Virus record (IMG/VR): IMGVR_UViG_2861330777_000001
Source of the DNA: an uncultured virus (IMG/VR IMGVR_UViG_2861330777_000001)
Lineage: Duplodnaviria; Heunggongvirae; Uroviricota; Caudoviricetes
Length of the DNA: 20,672 bases
Strand: one strand, 5' to 3'
Shown here: positions 7,352 to 16,459 of the stretch, one piece after another
Position numbering within the stretch: position 1 is the first letter of the stretch
How the letters are laid out: every line of letters begins with the position of its first letter
The notes under the pieces: model-generated
Database searches by the model: none
Told to the model about the DNA's origin: nothing
The model's input: the letters and a program-made list of their open reading frames with translations, nothing else
Made by a program: the position numbers and the translations under genes

Positions 7352-8614
7352 TCAAACATGTTTCCATGTCTTACCCAGTCTTATATCTGATATCGTTCTT
7401 CTATGGACACCATATTTTTCTCCTATTTCAGCATTGGTCATGTTTCCTTGCTTCAATAGCAATTTAACCTCTCTGACATCCTGCTCTGTAAGCTTTGCTC
7501 TTTCCTTAGTTTTATTAATTTCATCATCATACTGAGTCTTAACATGCGAGTATATTTTACCTGTTTTGATTCTGTGAATGGCTTGTTTAGTTACATTGAA
7601 TTGGTCGGCAATTTTTTGAAGGGTCATCTCACCTTCCTTAAGTAACTCCTTAATTATCTGTATGGATTCCTCAGATAACTTATTATCTTGCTTTCCTGCA
7701 TTAAAACCAGCAACTTCAATGTGTTTCCAAGTGGTGCCCAGACTTATATTGGTGATAGTTGAAGATGCGACATTAAAATTTTTGGCGATTTGTTCATGTG
7801 TCAAATTTCCTTGAACAAGAAGTTTCTTAATTTCAGTAGCATCCTTATCTTTTAGTTTTCTGTATGATGTACTAATGGGAGTGTCAGTAGGGATATGACT
7901 AAAGTTCCTTCCTCTGGATATGGCACTAACAGTAGTTATACCCACATTAAATATTTCAGCAATCTCTTTCTGTTTTAATTTCCCTTCTGCTAATAGGTTC
8001 TTTATCTGCTTACCTCTTTCTTCTCTTTGTTGTATCCTTGCTTCAATGAAATTCTCTTCGAAGAGGTACTTCCACTTCCTCCCAGTTCCGATTTCATAAA
8101 CTGCTATTGGAGATATACCAAAGGTTTCAGCAATTTGACTACAAAACAGTCCTTCCTTCAAAAGCTCATGGATTTCAAGTACCTGTGAAGCAGTTAGTTT
8201 GGAACTACTACTGTTCTCTCCTTGATTTGCTTCTCTTATTTTTCGTCTAGTTTCCTCTGTGACTAATCTGCCTATACCTGCTTCTGCTATCTTTTTCCTT
8301 GCTTCTTCTGTGTGGGACCTTCCAAGCATTAAAGCACTTCCACCAAATGTCATGTTGTATCCATTGTTATAAGAATCATAGTGGTTAATCCAATACATTT
8401 CCTTCTCATTTAGCTCATCAAGAGTATCTGCTTTATCAATGACTTTCCACTTGAATGATTCCTCACCATATCTTCTGATTGCTCGATGGAAAATAAATTC
8501 ACTACCACTTCTAGCATCTAACAAGTGTCTTTTCTTTCTTGTCTGTAATGTCCTTATTGTCAACCCAATATACACTTTACGATTAACTGTATTAGTTGCT
8601 TTATAAATAATCAA
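7352..8614 (-). CDS. GIY-YIG endonuclease with NUMOD3 motifs and five tandem HTH repeats
   Basis: IIYKATN...KVYIGLT...R...RAIRRYG.E.F...E...GYN; NUMOD3-like HTEEARKKI and TEETRRKI; five KL...EIK.LL..G....IA..F.V....IS.I..G..W.H repeats. TTG start with AGGTGG RBS. Confidence 0.88.
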   Translation of the reverse strand: MIIYKATNTVNRKVYIGLTIRTLQTRKKRHLLDARSGSEFIFHRAIRRYGEESFKWKVIDKADTLDELNEKEMYWINHYDSYNNGYNMTFGGSALMLGRSHTEEARKKIAEAGIGRLVTEETRRKIREANQGENSSSSKLTASQVLEIHELLKEGLFCSQIAETFGISPIAVYEIGTGRKWKYLFEENFIEARIQQREERGKQIKNLLAEGKLKQKEIAEIFNVGITTVSAISRGRNFSHIPTDTPISTSYRKLKDKDATEIKKLLVQGNLTHEQIAKNFNVASSTITNISLGTTWKHIEVAGFNAGKQDNKLSEESIQIIKELLKEGEMTLQKIADQFNVTKQAIHRIKTGKIYSHVKTQYDDEINKTKERAKLTEQDVREVKLLLKQGNMTNAEIGEKYGVHRRTISDIRLGKTWKHV

Positions 8615-8647
8615 TTAGCATCCACCTATTCTATAATAAACAGGACA

Positions 8648-9235
8648 TTAATCCCCTACACGTTCCCTTACAGCTCTATAAAGAGTTGCCCTGCTTATCT
8701 TGGTTATCTGTTCAATCTCTTTCACAGTCATCTTATTGGTATTTCTATTATTAAATAACTCAAGGGCATACTGTAAACCACTGTTATTCTCCGTGTATTT
8801 CTTAGGTCTTCCTTTATAGACTCCTCTTCGCTTAGCTTCTTCAATGCCCTCCAATTGCCTTTCCTTAATCATATCAGCTTCAAATTCTGCGATACCAGAT
8901 AATACTGTTATCATTAACTTACCAATTGCTGTTCCTGTATCAATTTTATCTCCACCCATATTCAAGACAATAAGCGAAACACCTTTGCCTTTTAAGTACT
9001 CAATAGTGTTTAAAGCATCTTTGGTACTTCTAGCAAACCTATCTAACTTTGTAACAACAATGGTGTCACCTTCTAGCACTGTCTCAAGGAGTAGATTGAA
9101 TTGCTCTCTTTCTTCTTTCTTCCTTCCACTGACCTTTTCTTTAAAAATAATGTCACATCCCGCTTCTTGCAGTTGTTTAATTTGTGCGGTTAGATTTTGA
9201 CCTGCTGACGATACACGACCATACCCATATTTCAT
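8648..9235 (-). CDS. Serine recombinase (resolvase/invertase family), intact
   Basis: MKYGYGRVSS (catalytic Ser), GDTIVVTKLDRFARS, AEFE...ERQ.EG...GRP, C-terminal HTH ISRATLYR. ATG at 9235 with AGGGGG RBS. Confidence 0.95.
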   Translation of the reverse strand: MKYGYGRVSSAGQNLTAQIKQLQEAGCDIIFKEKVSGRKKEEREQFNLLLETVLEGDTIVVTKLDRFARSTKDALNTIEYLKGKGVSLIVLNMGGDKIDTGTAIGKLMITVLSGIAEFEADMIKERQLEGIEEAKRRGVYKGRPKKYTENNSGLQYALELFNNRNTNKMTVKEIEQITKISRATLYRAVRERVGD

Positions 9236-9254
9236 ATCAATTCCCCCTCTATTT

Positions 9255-9336
9255 CGACACATGTATATGAGACAACTTTAACCTAAGTATATCAATCTCC
9301 CAACATTGTATCAATAGGGTGTACTTAAATGAAACA
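9255..9336. promoter_or_regulatory. Putative res accessory subsites
   Basis: CGACAC..TGAGACA (9255-9274) and inverted TGTATCA-N16-TGAAACA (9307-9336) immediately upstream of the resolvase. Confidence 0.55.
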
Positions 9337-9455
9337 TTATATTACTACTGGAAATTTAACTAACTATCATTTTGAACTAATCTCAAAAAATAAAACTTAT
9401 ATATCTGCTTTTAATGTTAAAATTATCCTAAAAGTACTCTTAGGAGAGAAATAAC

Positions 9456-10274
9456 ATGAAACCAAATGAAGAAATTGTTTTACAAAATAAATTACTTATT
9501 AGACACGATTTAATTGAAGAAGGACTAACATTAACTGAAAGAGAATCATTGATTCAGATGCGGAAAAGATGCGATATTTTATTTAAAGATAAAGAAGGAA
9601 GAAACCTTTATATCGAGGTGAAAGAAGTAGTAGACGACAAAGCTATCGAACAAATGTTAGGTTACAGAACATTTGTTAAAGACAATGATTCAAGGTTCAT
9701 GTTGATAGCAAATTATCCAATAAACGATAATTACCAATCAAAATTACACGAACTACAAATAGAGTATATGGCTAGAAATAAAAACGATATTCAAGTCCAG
9801 TTAAAGAATATAGTTGAAATACCAAAGGGAAATTCTAATTACCGTACTAAAGAAAATGTTATAAAGAAACTAAATAAACAAGGCACAATTGCAAGTGATA
9901 TTTACAATTACATAGCTAACAACTTACATACTTTAAACACCTCGATTATCTGTAATATCTCAGATGGAATTATGTTTCAATTAGTACAATGTAATGAGAA
10001 ATTTTTATCTATTTCAACCATCGGAAACCGCTTGCTATTTCATTTCCCTAATGGAAATCGTGATAGTATATACGCCAAATATAAAATTACAATTCCAGAA
10101 CTATACCGTTACAAAGATAAGTATTTAGAGAATATTGATAAGGATAAATTTAAAGACAAAGAGCCTAATCAAATTGATATTAAATTAAAACATGTTATAA
10201 GTTTGGATTATATCAAACCACTTATTAATGAAGCATATAAACAGTCATTAATAAGCAGTCGGTCACACATCTAA
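9456..10274 (+). CDS. NucS/DUF91-like PD-(D/E)XK nuclease domain protein
   Basis: E..LQ...IEEGL...RE...RCDILFKD...YIEVK...AIEQMLGY...MLIA; extra C-terminal domain; AGGAG RBS. Confidence 0.75.
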   Translation: MKPNEEIVLQNKLLIRHDLIEEGLTLTERESLIQMRKRCDILFKDKEGRNLYIEVKEVVDDKAIEQMLGYRTFVKDNDSRFMLIANYPINDNYQSKLHELQIEYMARNKNDIQVQLKNIVEIPKGNSNYRTKENVIKKLNKQGTIASDIYNYIANNLHTLNTSIICNISDGIMFQLVQCNEKFLSISTIGNRLLFHFPNGNRDSIYAKYKITIPELYRYKDKYLENIDKDKFKDKEPNQIDIKLKHVISLDYIKPLINEAYKQSLISSRSHI

Positions 10275-10286
10275 ACAACATTAAAA

Positions 10287-10327
10287 TAGTACAGAGTTTC
10301 CTAGTTATAAAAGGAAACTCTGTACTA
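10287..10327. terminator. Hairpin between convergent genes
   Basis: Perfect 16-bp stem TAGTACAGAGTTTCCT-N9-AGGAAACTCTGTACTA. Confidence 0.75.
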
Positions 10328-10450
10328 ACCCAAAATATTTATAAAGATATACTTCATTTTTCAAACGTTTAAAAAATTTCATCCGCTTTTACAATCAATA
10401 AAAACAACTAGTTTGACACTTCCTTAAAGGTATACCTTTTTAAACTTTAA

Positions 10451-11362
10451 TCAATGTCCAAATGGCTTTTCTTTTTCAACTGATACTGTTAAAGTTGGTA
10501 AACTCCCAACATTATCTTCATATTCCGCTTTGTAAATAATACCGTTTTGAGTATAAGATAAAGTTTTTTCCTCTACAATTTTTCCATTACTTAAACCTAA
10601 ATAGTTAATAGCAATTTGTTCTTTATTCTCCCCTTTAGGGTCTGCTATTAATATTAGGTTAGCACCTGCTTGATAAACATCTATATAACCTGATTTATTG
10701 TCCGTTACATTTCCTATAACCACAGCATACGATACCTTACCAGTATCCTTTTCTGTGCTAGCACTAACATATAAAGAATTATTTACTTGTCCATCATAAC
10801 GAATGCCAAAAGGAATTTGGCTTTCTCTTTCATTTTTTATCATAAAATATGAATTATCATAATCATCAACAGATTCATTCCAATAATTACTAAAGGTTTT
10901 CCAATCCATATTAAAGATTGTATTTTCGTAGGTATTTTCTGTACTCTCTTCTTGCGCTACAACTTCCTCTTCATTTATTCCATCTTCTTTTTCAATTAAA
11001 GCTTCTAACTCTTGTTTGTAGGACTTAATTTTATTTGTCAAAGCTTTATCACTTATTCCAATTTCTTCAATTTTACCTAAAGAGTTATAAAAGGAAGCTT
11101 CTTTATCACTATCTGCCTTCATTTCTTGATAATCCTTTTGTATATATTCTAAAAGCACTTTTGAAATAGTTTTGTTTAATTCATCTTTCTTTTCCTTTGA
11201 TGAATCGTTTGTCGCATCTTCATAGATTTTTTTTGCTGTAAAATAATCTTTTTCTTCAATTGATTCGACTACTTTTTTTGCAGAGTCTTTACTACTTGCG
11301 CCACAGCCACTTAAGATGACCAAGCTTATTCCTAAAATAATAAATAAGAAATTCCTTTGCAT
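10451..11362 (-). CDS. Lipoprotein of unknown function
   Basis: Start revised to ATG 11362 (GGGGAG/GGAG RBS). Signal peptide MQRNFLFIILGISLVILSG-C with an LSGC lipobox. Confidence 0.85.
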   Translation of the reverse strand: MQRNFLFIILGISLVILSGCGASSKDSAKKVVESIEEKDYFTAKKIYEDATNDSSKEKKDELNKTISKVLLEYIQKDYQEMKADSDKEASFYNSLGKIEEIGISDKALTNKIKSYKQELEALIEKEDGINEEEVVAQEESTENTYENTIFNMDWKTFSNYWNESVDDYDNSYFMIKNERESQIPFGIRYDGQVNNSLYVSASTEKDTGKVSYAVVIGNVTDNKSGYIDVYQAGANLILIADPKGENKEQIAINYLGLSNGKIVEEKTLSYTQNGIIYKAEYEDNVGSLPTLTVSVEKEKPFGH

Positions 11363-11610
11363 CCTTCTCCACTCCCCTATTAAACTATATATGTAATCTA
11401 GGATAATTTTACCATTTGAAAGCAAATTAAAATAGATATATAAGCCCGTGTCGAAAGTTAAAAAATTGCACACGAAACAAGCATGTCAATAAACATACTT
11501 TTATGATTATTTTTATCAATTATACGTAATGAAATATTTAACATCTGTAGGAGTGGAACACTTATTTTTCGAGTTTATCGTTCATTTGATAAATCCTCTC
11601 TTTTATACAG

Positions 11611-11637
11611 AAAAACCCCATCATAGAAATGGGGTTT
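11611..11637 (-). terminator. Terminator downstream of 11776..13032
   Basis: AAACCCCAT-N7-ATGGGGTTT with a T tract on the minus strand. Confidence 0.65.
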
Positions 11638-11775
11638 CAATCTACTTGCTTTGTGTTTGGAATGCTTGATTAGCATTATATGGTATTTGTGTTTTTTATA
11701 TAAGGTTAATCGAAAATTCCAAAGTCCTCATATTTTTGTTTTAATAACGTTTCATTAAATTATCGCAAAACCCTT

Positions 11776-13032
11776 TTATTTAAAAGTGTGGCCGTAGTAT
11801 TCTTGCAACTTCTCATATGCTTTTGCGTATAATTCCAAATACATAAATTCCTTGTTTTTATCCCATTTATTTTTGTCATCGTAAGGGTCGTTCTCAACAC
11901 TTATAACTTTCCTTTTTCCACCGTAATCTTCAATTGATTCCTTCACTACCTTTATAGGTGTGTTGAATCTCTCTTGCCTTTTTTTCGCTAACCCAACTAC
12001 ATAATCGTTTCTTGTTTTATGAAAATCGTTTCTGTTCTCTAAAAAATACTGAATCTCGTTACTGTTATAAAATTCAATTGCTTCACGATTATTTTTCTCT
12101 AACCATTTGATAATCGGATTCTTTCCTGCACGTAAAAATATTGCATGCGCTGTATAAGCTAATACCAGATATAAACGTTCACCGCTTTCATCCGTAATTC
12201 TGTTTAATCTGTATTTATACTCTTTCCAGTATTCTTGTACAATCTTCATATTTTTAAGGTTGTGAATTTCCTTCAATGAAAGGTGCTTGTATTTGTCTTG
12301 GTTTTGCAGTTCTCTCTGCATTAAAGAAATTTCCCCTACGACATAAGATGATAGCTCAGGATATTCATATCTATAAGAAATGGATTGCTCCGTTTCTCCG
12401 CTCTCATCGTCCCAACTTTCTGATATAACTGGAATTTTACATTTTCCCATTTCATACGGTACATGTGTGATTATTTTTGCTTTATTTAACCTTGCAACCA
12501 CCGCCATAAAATAATCGTTCAATCTTTGAATCTCTCTTACTACGTAATCTTCAACAACATCATCATAACCTTTTTTAACGACCTCATTTTCAACTAATCT
12601 ATTAGTCTCGGCTTCTAACACCCTTGAATCATATTTCAATTTTCTTGCTTCAAACATTTCTTTAGTAATAAAACCCATATCCAATAACCATTTTGGGATT
12701 GTTTGTGGCTTCTCACTTTGATGCGTTTCTAAATACTCTAACATCATAATTGGAAATGCTTGCTCATACTTCAATGGCACTTGCCCCTTTCCGTTATTTA
12801 CACGTTTATCTTTACGGTCAGCTTCAACATCACGTTTTGCACCCAATATGTATTTAGTCTTCTTTCCACCCTTACCTATCGTCTCAACACTTTCATATCT
12901 TTGGTCTAAATCCGTAACAAATCGATTAAATATATTTATCATCAACTTATTATTTTTAGCCATATGCTCCTTGATTATGTCGTCACCTTCGATTGCTACA
13001 ATTTCTTCCTGTGTAAATTCTGTTTTATTCAC
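11776..13032 (-). CDS. Hypothetical mobile-element protein (possible replication protein)
   Basis: 418-aa ORF, GTG start, AAGGAG RBS at 13043-13048. No motif recognised; the replication role is inferred only from the adjacent origin-like DNA. Confidence 0.8.
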   Translation of the reverse strand: MNKTEFTQEEIVAIEGDDIIKEHMAKNNKLMINIFNRFVTDLDQRYESVETIGKGGKKTKYILGAKRDVEADRKDKRVNNGKGQVPLKYEQAFPIMMLEYLETHQSEKPQTIPKWLLDMGFITKEMFEARKLKYDSRVLEAETNRLVENEVVKKGYDDVVEDYVVREIQRLNDYFMAVVARLNKAKIITHVPYEMGKCKIPVISESWDDESGETEQSISYRYEYPELSSYVVGEISLMQRELQNQDKYKHLSLKEIHNLKNMKIVQEYWKEYKYRLNRITDESGERLYLVLAYTAHAIFLRAGKNPIIKWLEKNNREAIEFYNSNEIQYFLENRNDFHKTRNDYVVGLAKKRQERFNTPIKVVKESIEDYGGKRKVISVENDPYDDKNKWDKNKEFMYLELYAKAYEKLQEYYGHTFK

Positions 13033-13072
13033 TTAAAACAAACTCCTTTTATTTTGAAATTCATACTTTCTT

Positions 13073-13140
13073 AAAAAAGATACATAATTGCCTTATGATA
13101 ATATATATAATTTATTATAGGTCGATATTGTATCTTTTTT
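13073..13140. repeat. 68-bp imperfect palindrome with AT-only centre
   Basis: 29-nt arms, 23/29 complementary; outer 12 bp perfect (AAAAAAGATACA/TGTATCTTTTTT); loop TATATATAAT. Confidence 0.8.
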
Positions 13141-13466
13141 CTTCCTTAACCAAAACCCAAGCCGTTAAATCTCCGCTATCGCTCCGATTCACCGACTCCA
13201 CATCCACAACTTCGTTGTGTCTGTGCAACAAATACTTTTCTTTCACATTAACAATTGAGTGGAGGAGCGAGCTGTTAAGCTTGCTTTTGAAAATCAACCT
13301 CATGGAGTTATCAACGAAACGGAATAGCGTAATGAGTGGATTTGCCTTTCATCAATTTATTACCTATTTAATTTATCTTAAATACCCACCTGATAATCCC
13401 TCACCTTCAAATATAAATGGTTTCTCATATCAAAAGACCACAGATATGTCAACCATTTATATTTAA

Positions 13467-13495
13467 ATTATACCATATTTTTTTATTCCAGTCCA
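13467..13495 (-). promoter_or_regulatory. sigmaA promoter facing 11776..13032
   Basis: TGGACT-17-TATAAT with TG extension (TGGTATAAT). Confidence 0.6.
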
Positions 13496-13659
13496 AAAAC
13501 CTCTTAATTAGTACGTTAATTCATTAAAGTGTCGTATCTTTATTTTGATTTTCCTACAAAACAAAAAAAACAGAAAATCGGTCTTTATTATCGAAATAGT
13601 TCTTGTTTGTCTATGGAGTGATGAAATGGAGTTTCAACCACAAGTGGGAGCTCTAATAT

Positions 13660-13748
13660 GCTTATCATCACAAATAGCATTTCAAGTGAGGCCGATGGAA
13701 GTGCCACTCATTGATTCTGAAGGGGAAACCCATGTTATGGTGATAAGC
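13660..13748 (+). ncRNA. Candidate structured RNA (three-way junction)
   Basis: Stems 13660-70/13738-48, 13675-80/13732-37 and 13682-90/13707-14, plus a GGG-GAAA-CCC tetraloop hairpin (13722-31). Non-canonical pairs are G-U on the + strand. Confidence 0.4.
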
Positions 13749-13761
13749 GCCCCGACACATC

Positions 13762-13796
13762 AAGAAACACACCCATTATTAGTGAGCGCGTTTCTT
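13762..13796 (-). terminator. Minus-strand hairpin (terminator-like)
   Basis: AAGAAACGCGCTCA-N7-TGGGTGTGTTTCTT pairs fully only on the minus strand, using G-U pairs. Confidence 0.5.
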
Positions 13797-14045
13797 TGCA
13801 TCTTAATGCGAGGGAAAATCCTTAGACTCTTCGTTCTCTCTTCTTTCTTTGACTTTCTGAATACTTGGCTAGATTTTATAAGAAGGAGCAGAAAACGAGG
13901 TTGCAGCCGCTAGTATTTACAAATTCATTAAAGGACTCGCTTTAAAGCTGCTTTAAAACCTTTTTTATAATCTTTTAATTAAAGTAGCGCTTCATATTTA
14001 AACTAGCTCTTTCAAATTAAGTAATAGTTTTTTATAGTAGATAGC

Positions 14046-14192
14046 TTACAAATAAGAACGAAGGTTTTTTACTAGCTCATCAACATCTAAATGCAAATAT
14101 TTAGTTGTTACCGAAATATCACTATGACCTAAAGCCTTTGAAATCACAGCAACATTCGCCCCTTTATCTAACAAGGATTTAGCAAAACCTCT
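14046..14192 (-). pseudogene. C-terminal relic of a tyrosine recombinase/integrase
   Basis: RGFAKSLLDKGANVAVISKALGHSDISVTTKYLHLDVDELVKNLRSYL*, containing box II (LGH...T..Y). Preceded by an in-frame TGA at 14193-14195. Confidence 0.88.
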
Positions 14193-14557
14193 TCAATATT
14201 TAGATACAACGCTTAATAAATATTTTCAAAGGGACTGAAGCAGCCACTATTAGTAAAAACATATTTACAGTCTGGTGTGAGACATACATAGACTTATAAG
14301 CATTTTGTGAAATGCAGCTTTTAGTTGTCTTCAGATAGAATGTCAACTTTGGTAATAATGCAGTTTCGCAATACTTTATGTCACAGAATCTTATGTGTCA
14401 TCAATTGAGGTTCAGAAACTGATTTCTTTAAAATTTGGTAATATAAGTAAAAAATTGTATTAATTGATATTTCCAAATACGACATAACTTTATCAATCCC
14501 AAAAATCCCTATTACAATTTCTACCGTATTAAAATATATATGTATTTTTTCTAAATT

Positions 14558-14586
14558 AAACACCTCGCCAGATTGACGAGGTGTTT
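14558..14586. terminator. Terminator of the methyltransferase gene
   Basis: AAACACCTCG-N9-CGAGGTGTTT, 4 nt after the stop. Confidence 0.75.
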
Positions 14587-14590
14587 TTTC

Positions 14591-16003
14591 TTAGTTTTTA
14601 TATTCTAACTTCTTTTCAGCATCCACTTTAGAAGGTTTAGAAAATTCTTTATTTACCATTTCTTGTTTTAATAAACCGATTCGTTTAGTTACTGCTTCTT
14701 GTTGCATTTCAAGTTTATTTATTTCCCCTTCATAATGTTCAGGAACTGATAATAGCTGAGTTTCCCCTAGATAAATTTCTTTAATTTTATTACCCATCTT
14801 TTCAATAAGCCCGACCACTAATGCATTTCCCATACAGAAGTAACGCATTCTTTCTGGCATAGTATTAGTCCAATTAGGAGGAAAATCATTTAGTATTTCA
14901 CATTCAATTGGTGTTAGTATTCTTAATCTTCCAGTATCCAAATCCGACACTACGTGAGTACTTCTGTTTTTAGTACCTTCACTAGTTAACATCGTTCTTC
15001 CAGGGCTGTCCAAATCATCTGGAAAATTCATACCTCCTTCGGAATAAGTATACACATGGCCCGATTGAGAAGTTCTCTCTATTTTCTTCGACCCTTTTAA
15101 ATATTTAAAGTGTTCAAGTGCCGTTTTCCCATTTTTCCCAACTTTATCTATATCTAAATAATACCTTTCATCTATTACTTGTCCATACTCTTTTGCTTCT
15201 CTTAATACTTGTCCCAATGTTTTTGAAGGAATAGTCTTAGGAATTACTTCTTCAGTATAGAAATTTCCGTTTCTCATTATTCCAGAGTTTCTAAAATTAG
15301 CTGTAAATGTATCTGACACCTCTACAATATCAAGAGGTAGTGTATCGTCAGAAACTGGATGTTTTAAAGAAGTGCCTTCCAATGGAAACTCTGACGCAAA
15401 GAAACCTTTTTCATGAATTAATTCTTGTGGAGAATAGCCAGATTCTTCTTGTTTTTTTGCAAATTGTGTTTCATTTTTATAGGCAAAAATAAATACTCTT
15501 CTCCTCTTTTGTGCCATACCATAATCTGCTGCATTAATCATTCGCCATTCAACGCTATATCCTAAATCTCTAAAGCTTGCTAACATAACAGCAAAGTCTC
15601 TCCCCTTTCGTTTTGAAGGAGACTTTAATAATCGGTCAACATTTTCCAAGAGGACAAACGATGGAGTATTCATTCTTATAATATCCATTATTTCCCAAAA
15701 TAAAACACCCTTTTTTCCTTGAATACCCGCTTCCCCATTTAATGTACGTGCGACAGAGTAATCTTGGCACGGAAATCCCCCTACTAATAAATCATGTTTA
15801 GGAATTTCATATTTTGCTATTGCGATATCTTCATTACTATGGAAGCCTCTATCTTCAAAGCGTTTATCATAGCAATTGAAGGCGTGTTGTGTCTTATGTG
15901 ATGGTTCCCATTGGTTTCCCCAAAGGACATTGAATCCTTCATTTCGTTCTAAACCTAATCGGAATCCTCCTACTCCTGCAAAAAGTTCTACTACATCTAT
16001 CAT
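14591..16003 (-). CDS. dcm: DNA (cytosine-5)-methyltransferase, M.Sau3AI-like (predicted GATC)
   Basis: Motifs ELFAGVGG, GGFPCQDYS, LLENV, QKRRRVF, RILTPIEC, MGNA. Long blocks (GIQGKKGVLFW, VDRLLKSPS..GRDFAVML, RTMLTSE...NRSTH) typical of M.Sau3AI. About 50-aa C-terminal extension. Confidence 0.95.
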   Translation of the reverse strand: MIDVVELFAGVGGFRLGLERNEGFNVLWGNQWEPSHKTQHAFNCYDKRFEDRGFHSNEDIAIAKYEIPKHDLLVGGFPCQDYSVARTLNGEAGIQGKKGVLFWEIMDIIRMNTPSFVLLENVDRLLKSPSKRKGRDFAVMLASFRDLGYSVEWRMINAADYGMAQKRRRVFIFAYKNETQFAKKQEESGYSPQELIHEKGFFASEFPLEGTSLKHPVSDDTLPLDIVEVSDTFTANFRNSGIMRNGNFYTEEVIPKTIPSKTLGQVLREAKEYGQVIDERYYLDIDKVGKNGKTALEHFKYLKGSKKIERTSQSGHVYTYSEGGMNFPDDLDSPGRTMLTSEGTKNRSTHVVSDLDTGRLRILTPIECEILNDFPPNWTNTMPERMRYFCMGNALVVGLIEKMGNKIKEIYLGETQLLSVPEHYEGEINKLEMQQEAVTKRIGLLKQEMVNKEFSKPSKVDAEKKLEYKN

Positions 16004-16045
16004 AAAAATAAGGACATCCTTTCGATATATATTTATCTAATTATT

Positions 16046-16074
16046 ATTATAATAAATACTTAAATAAAGATCAA
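16046..16074 (-). promoter_or_regulatory. sigmaA promoter of the methyltransferase, with GATC inside the -35 box
   Basis: TTGATC (16074-16069), 17-nt spacer, TATAAT (16051-16046); 42 nt upstream of the ATG. Confidence 0.8.
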
Positions 16075-16459
16075 CCATAATAACTATGGTAAATGAGGGC
16101 ATATAATAACTCCCAAAATAAAATTTCAAAACAGATTCTACTATAATAAGACATTTTTATTATTCTTTATCTCTATGAAAAAGAAAAACATGAACTTGAT
16201 TATACCATATTCACTCAAGATTATTTCAACTTCCAGAATAGGGAGATTCAAAAAATCACAATGACTTATAAACATAAATATTAATTATTAAAAAGAATAG
16301 AGGTTAACCCTCTACTCTTTTTCTTCATATTTAGTAATATTATTATATCAGTAGTCTGAATCTCATTTCTTATATCCTATAAATCAATTTGAATTTATTA
16401 GTGATGGTCAACTGTTAATAAAACTCATTATTTTCATCGTAAATCTATTACATAGAAAC

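Noticed and set aside
7100..8650. Group I intron around the GIY-YIG gene
   Set aside because: No interrupted host gene or recognisable intron core seen by eye; a covariance-model search would be needed to exclude it.
13715..13737. CTGAAG..GAAA as a hammerhead ribozyme core
   Set aside because: No CUGANGA-stem II-GAAA arrangement; the GAAA here is a hairpin loop.
13095..13913. ORFs 13095..13466, 13115..13303 and 13545..13913
   Set aside because: They overlap palindromic or structured DNA, have weak start signals and no recognisable motifs. A small real peptide cannot be fully excluded.
14381..14563. 60-aa minus-strand ORF
   Set aside because: Starts inside the dcm terminator hairpin; AT-rich with no recognisable motif.
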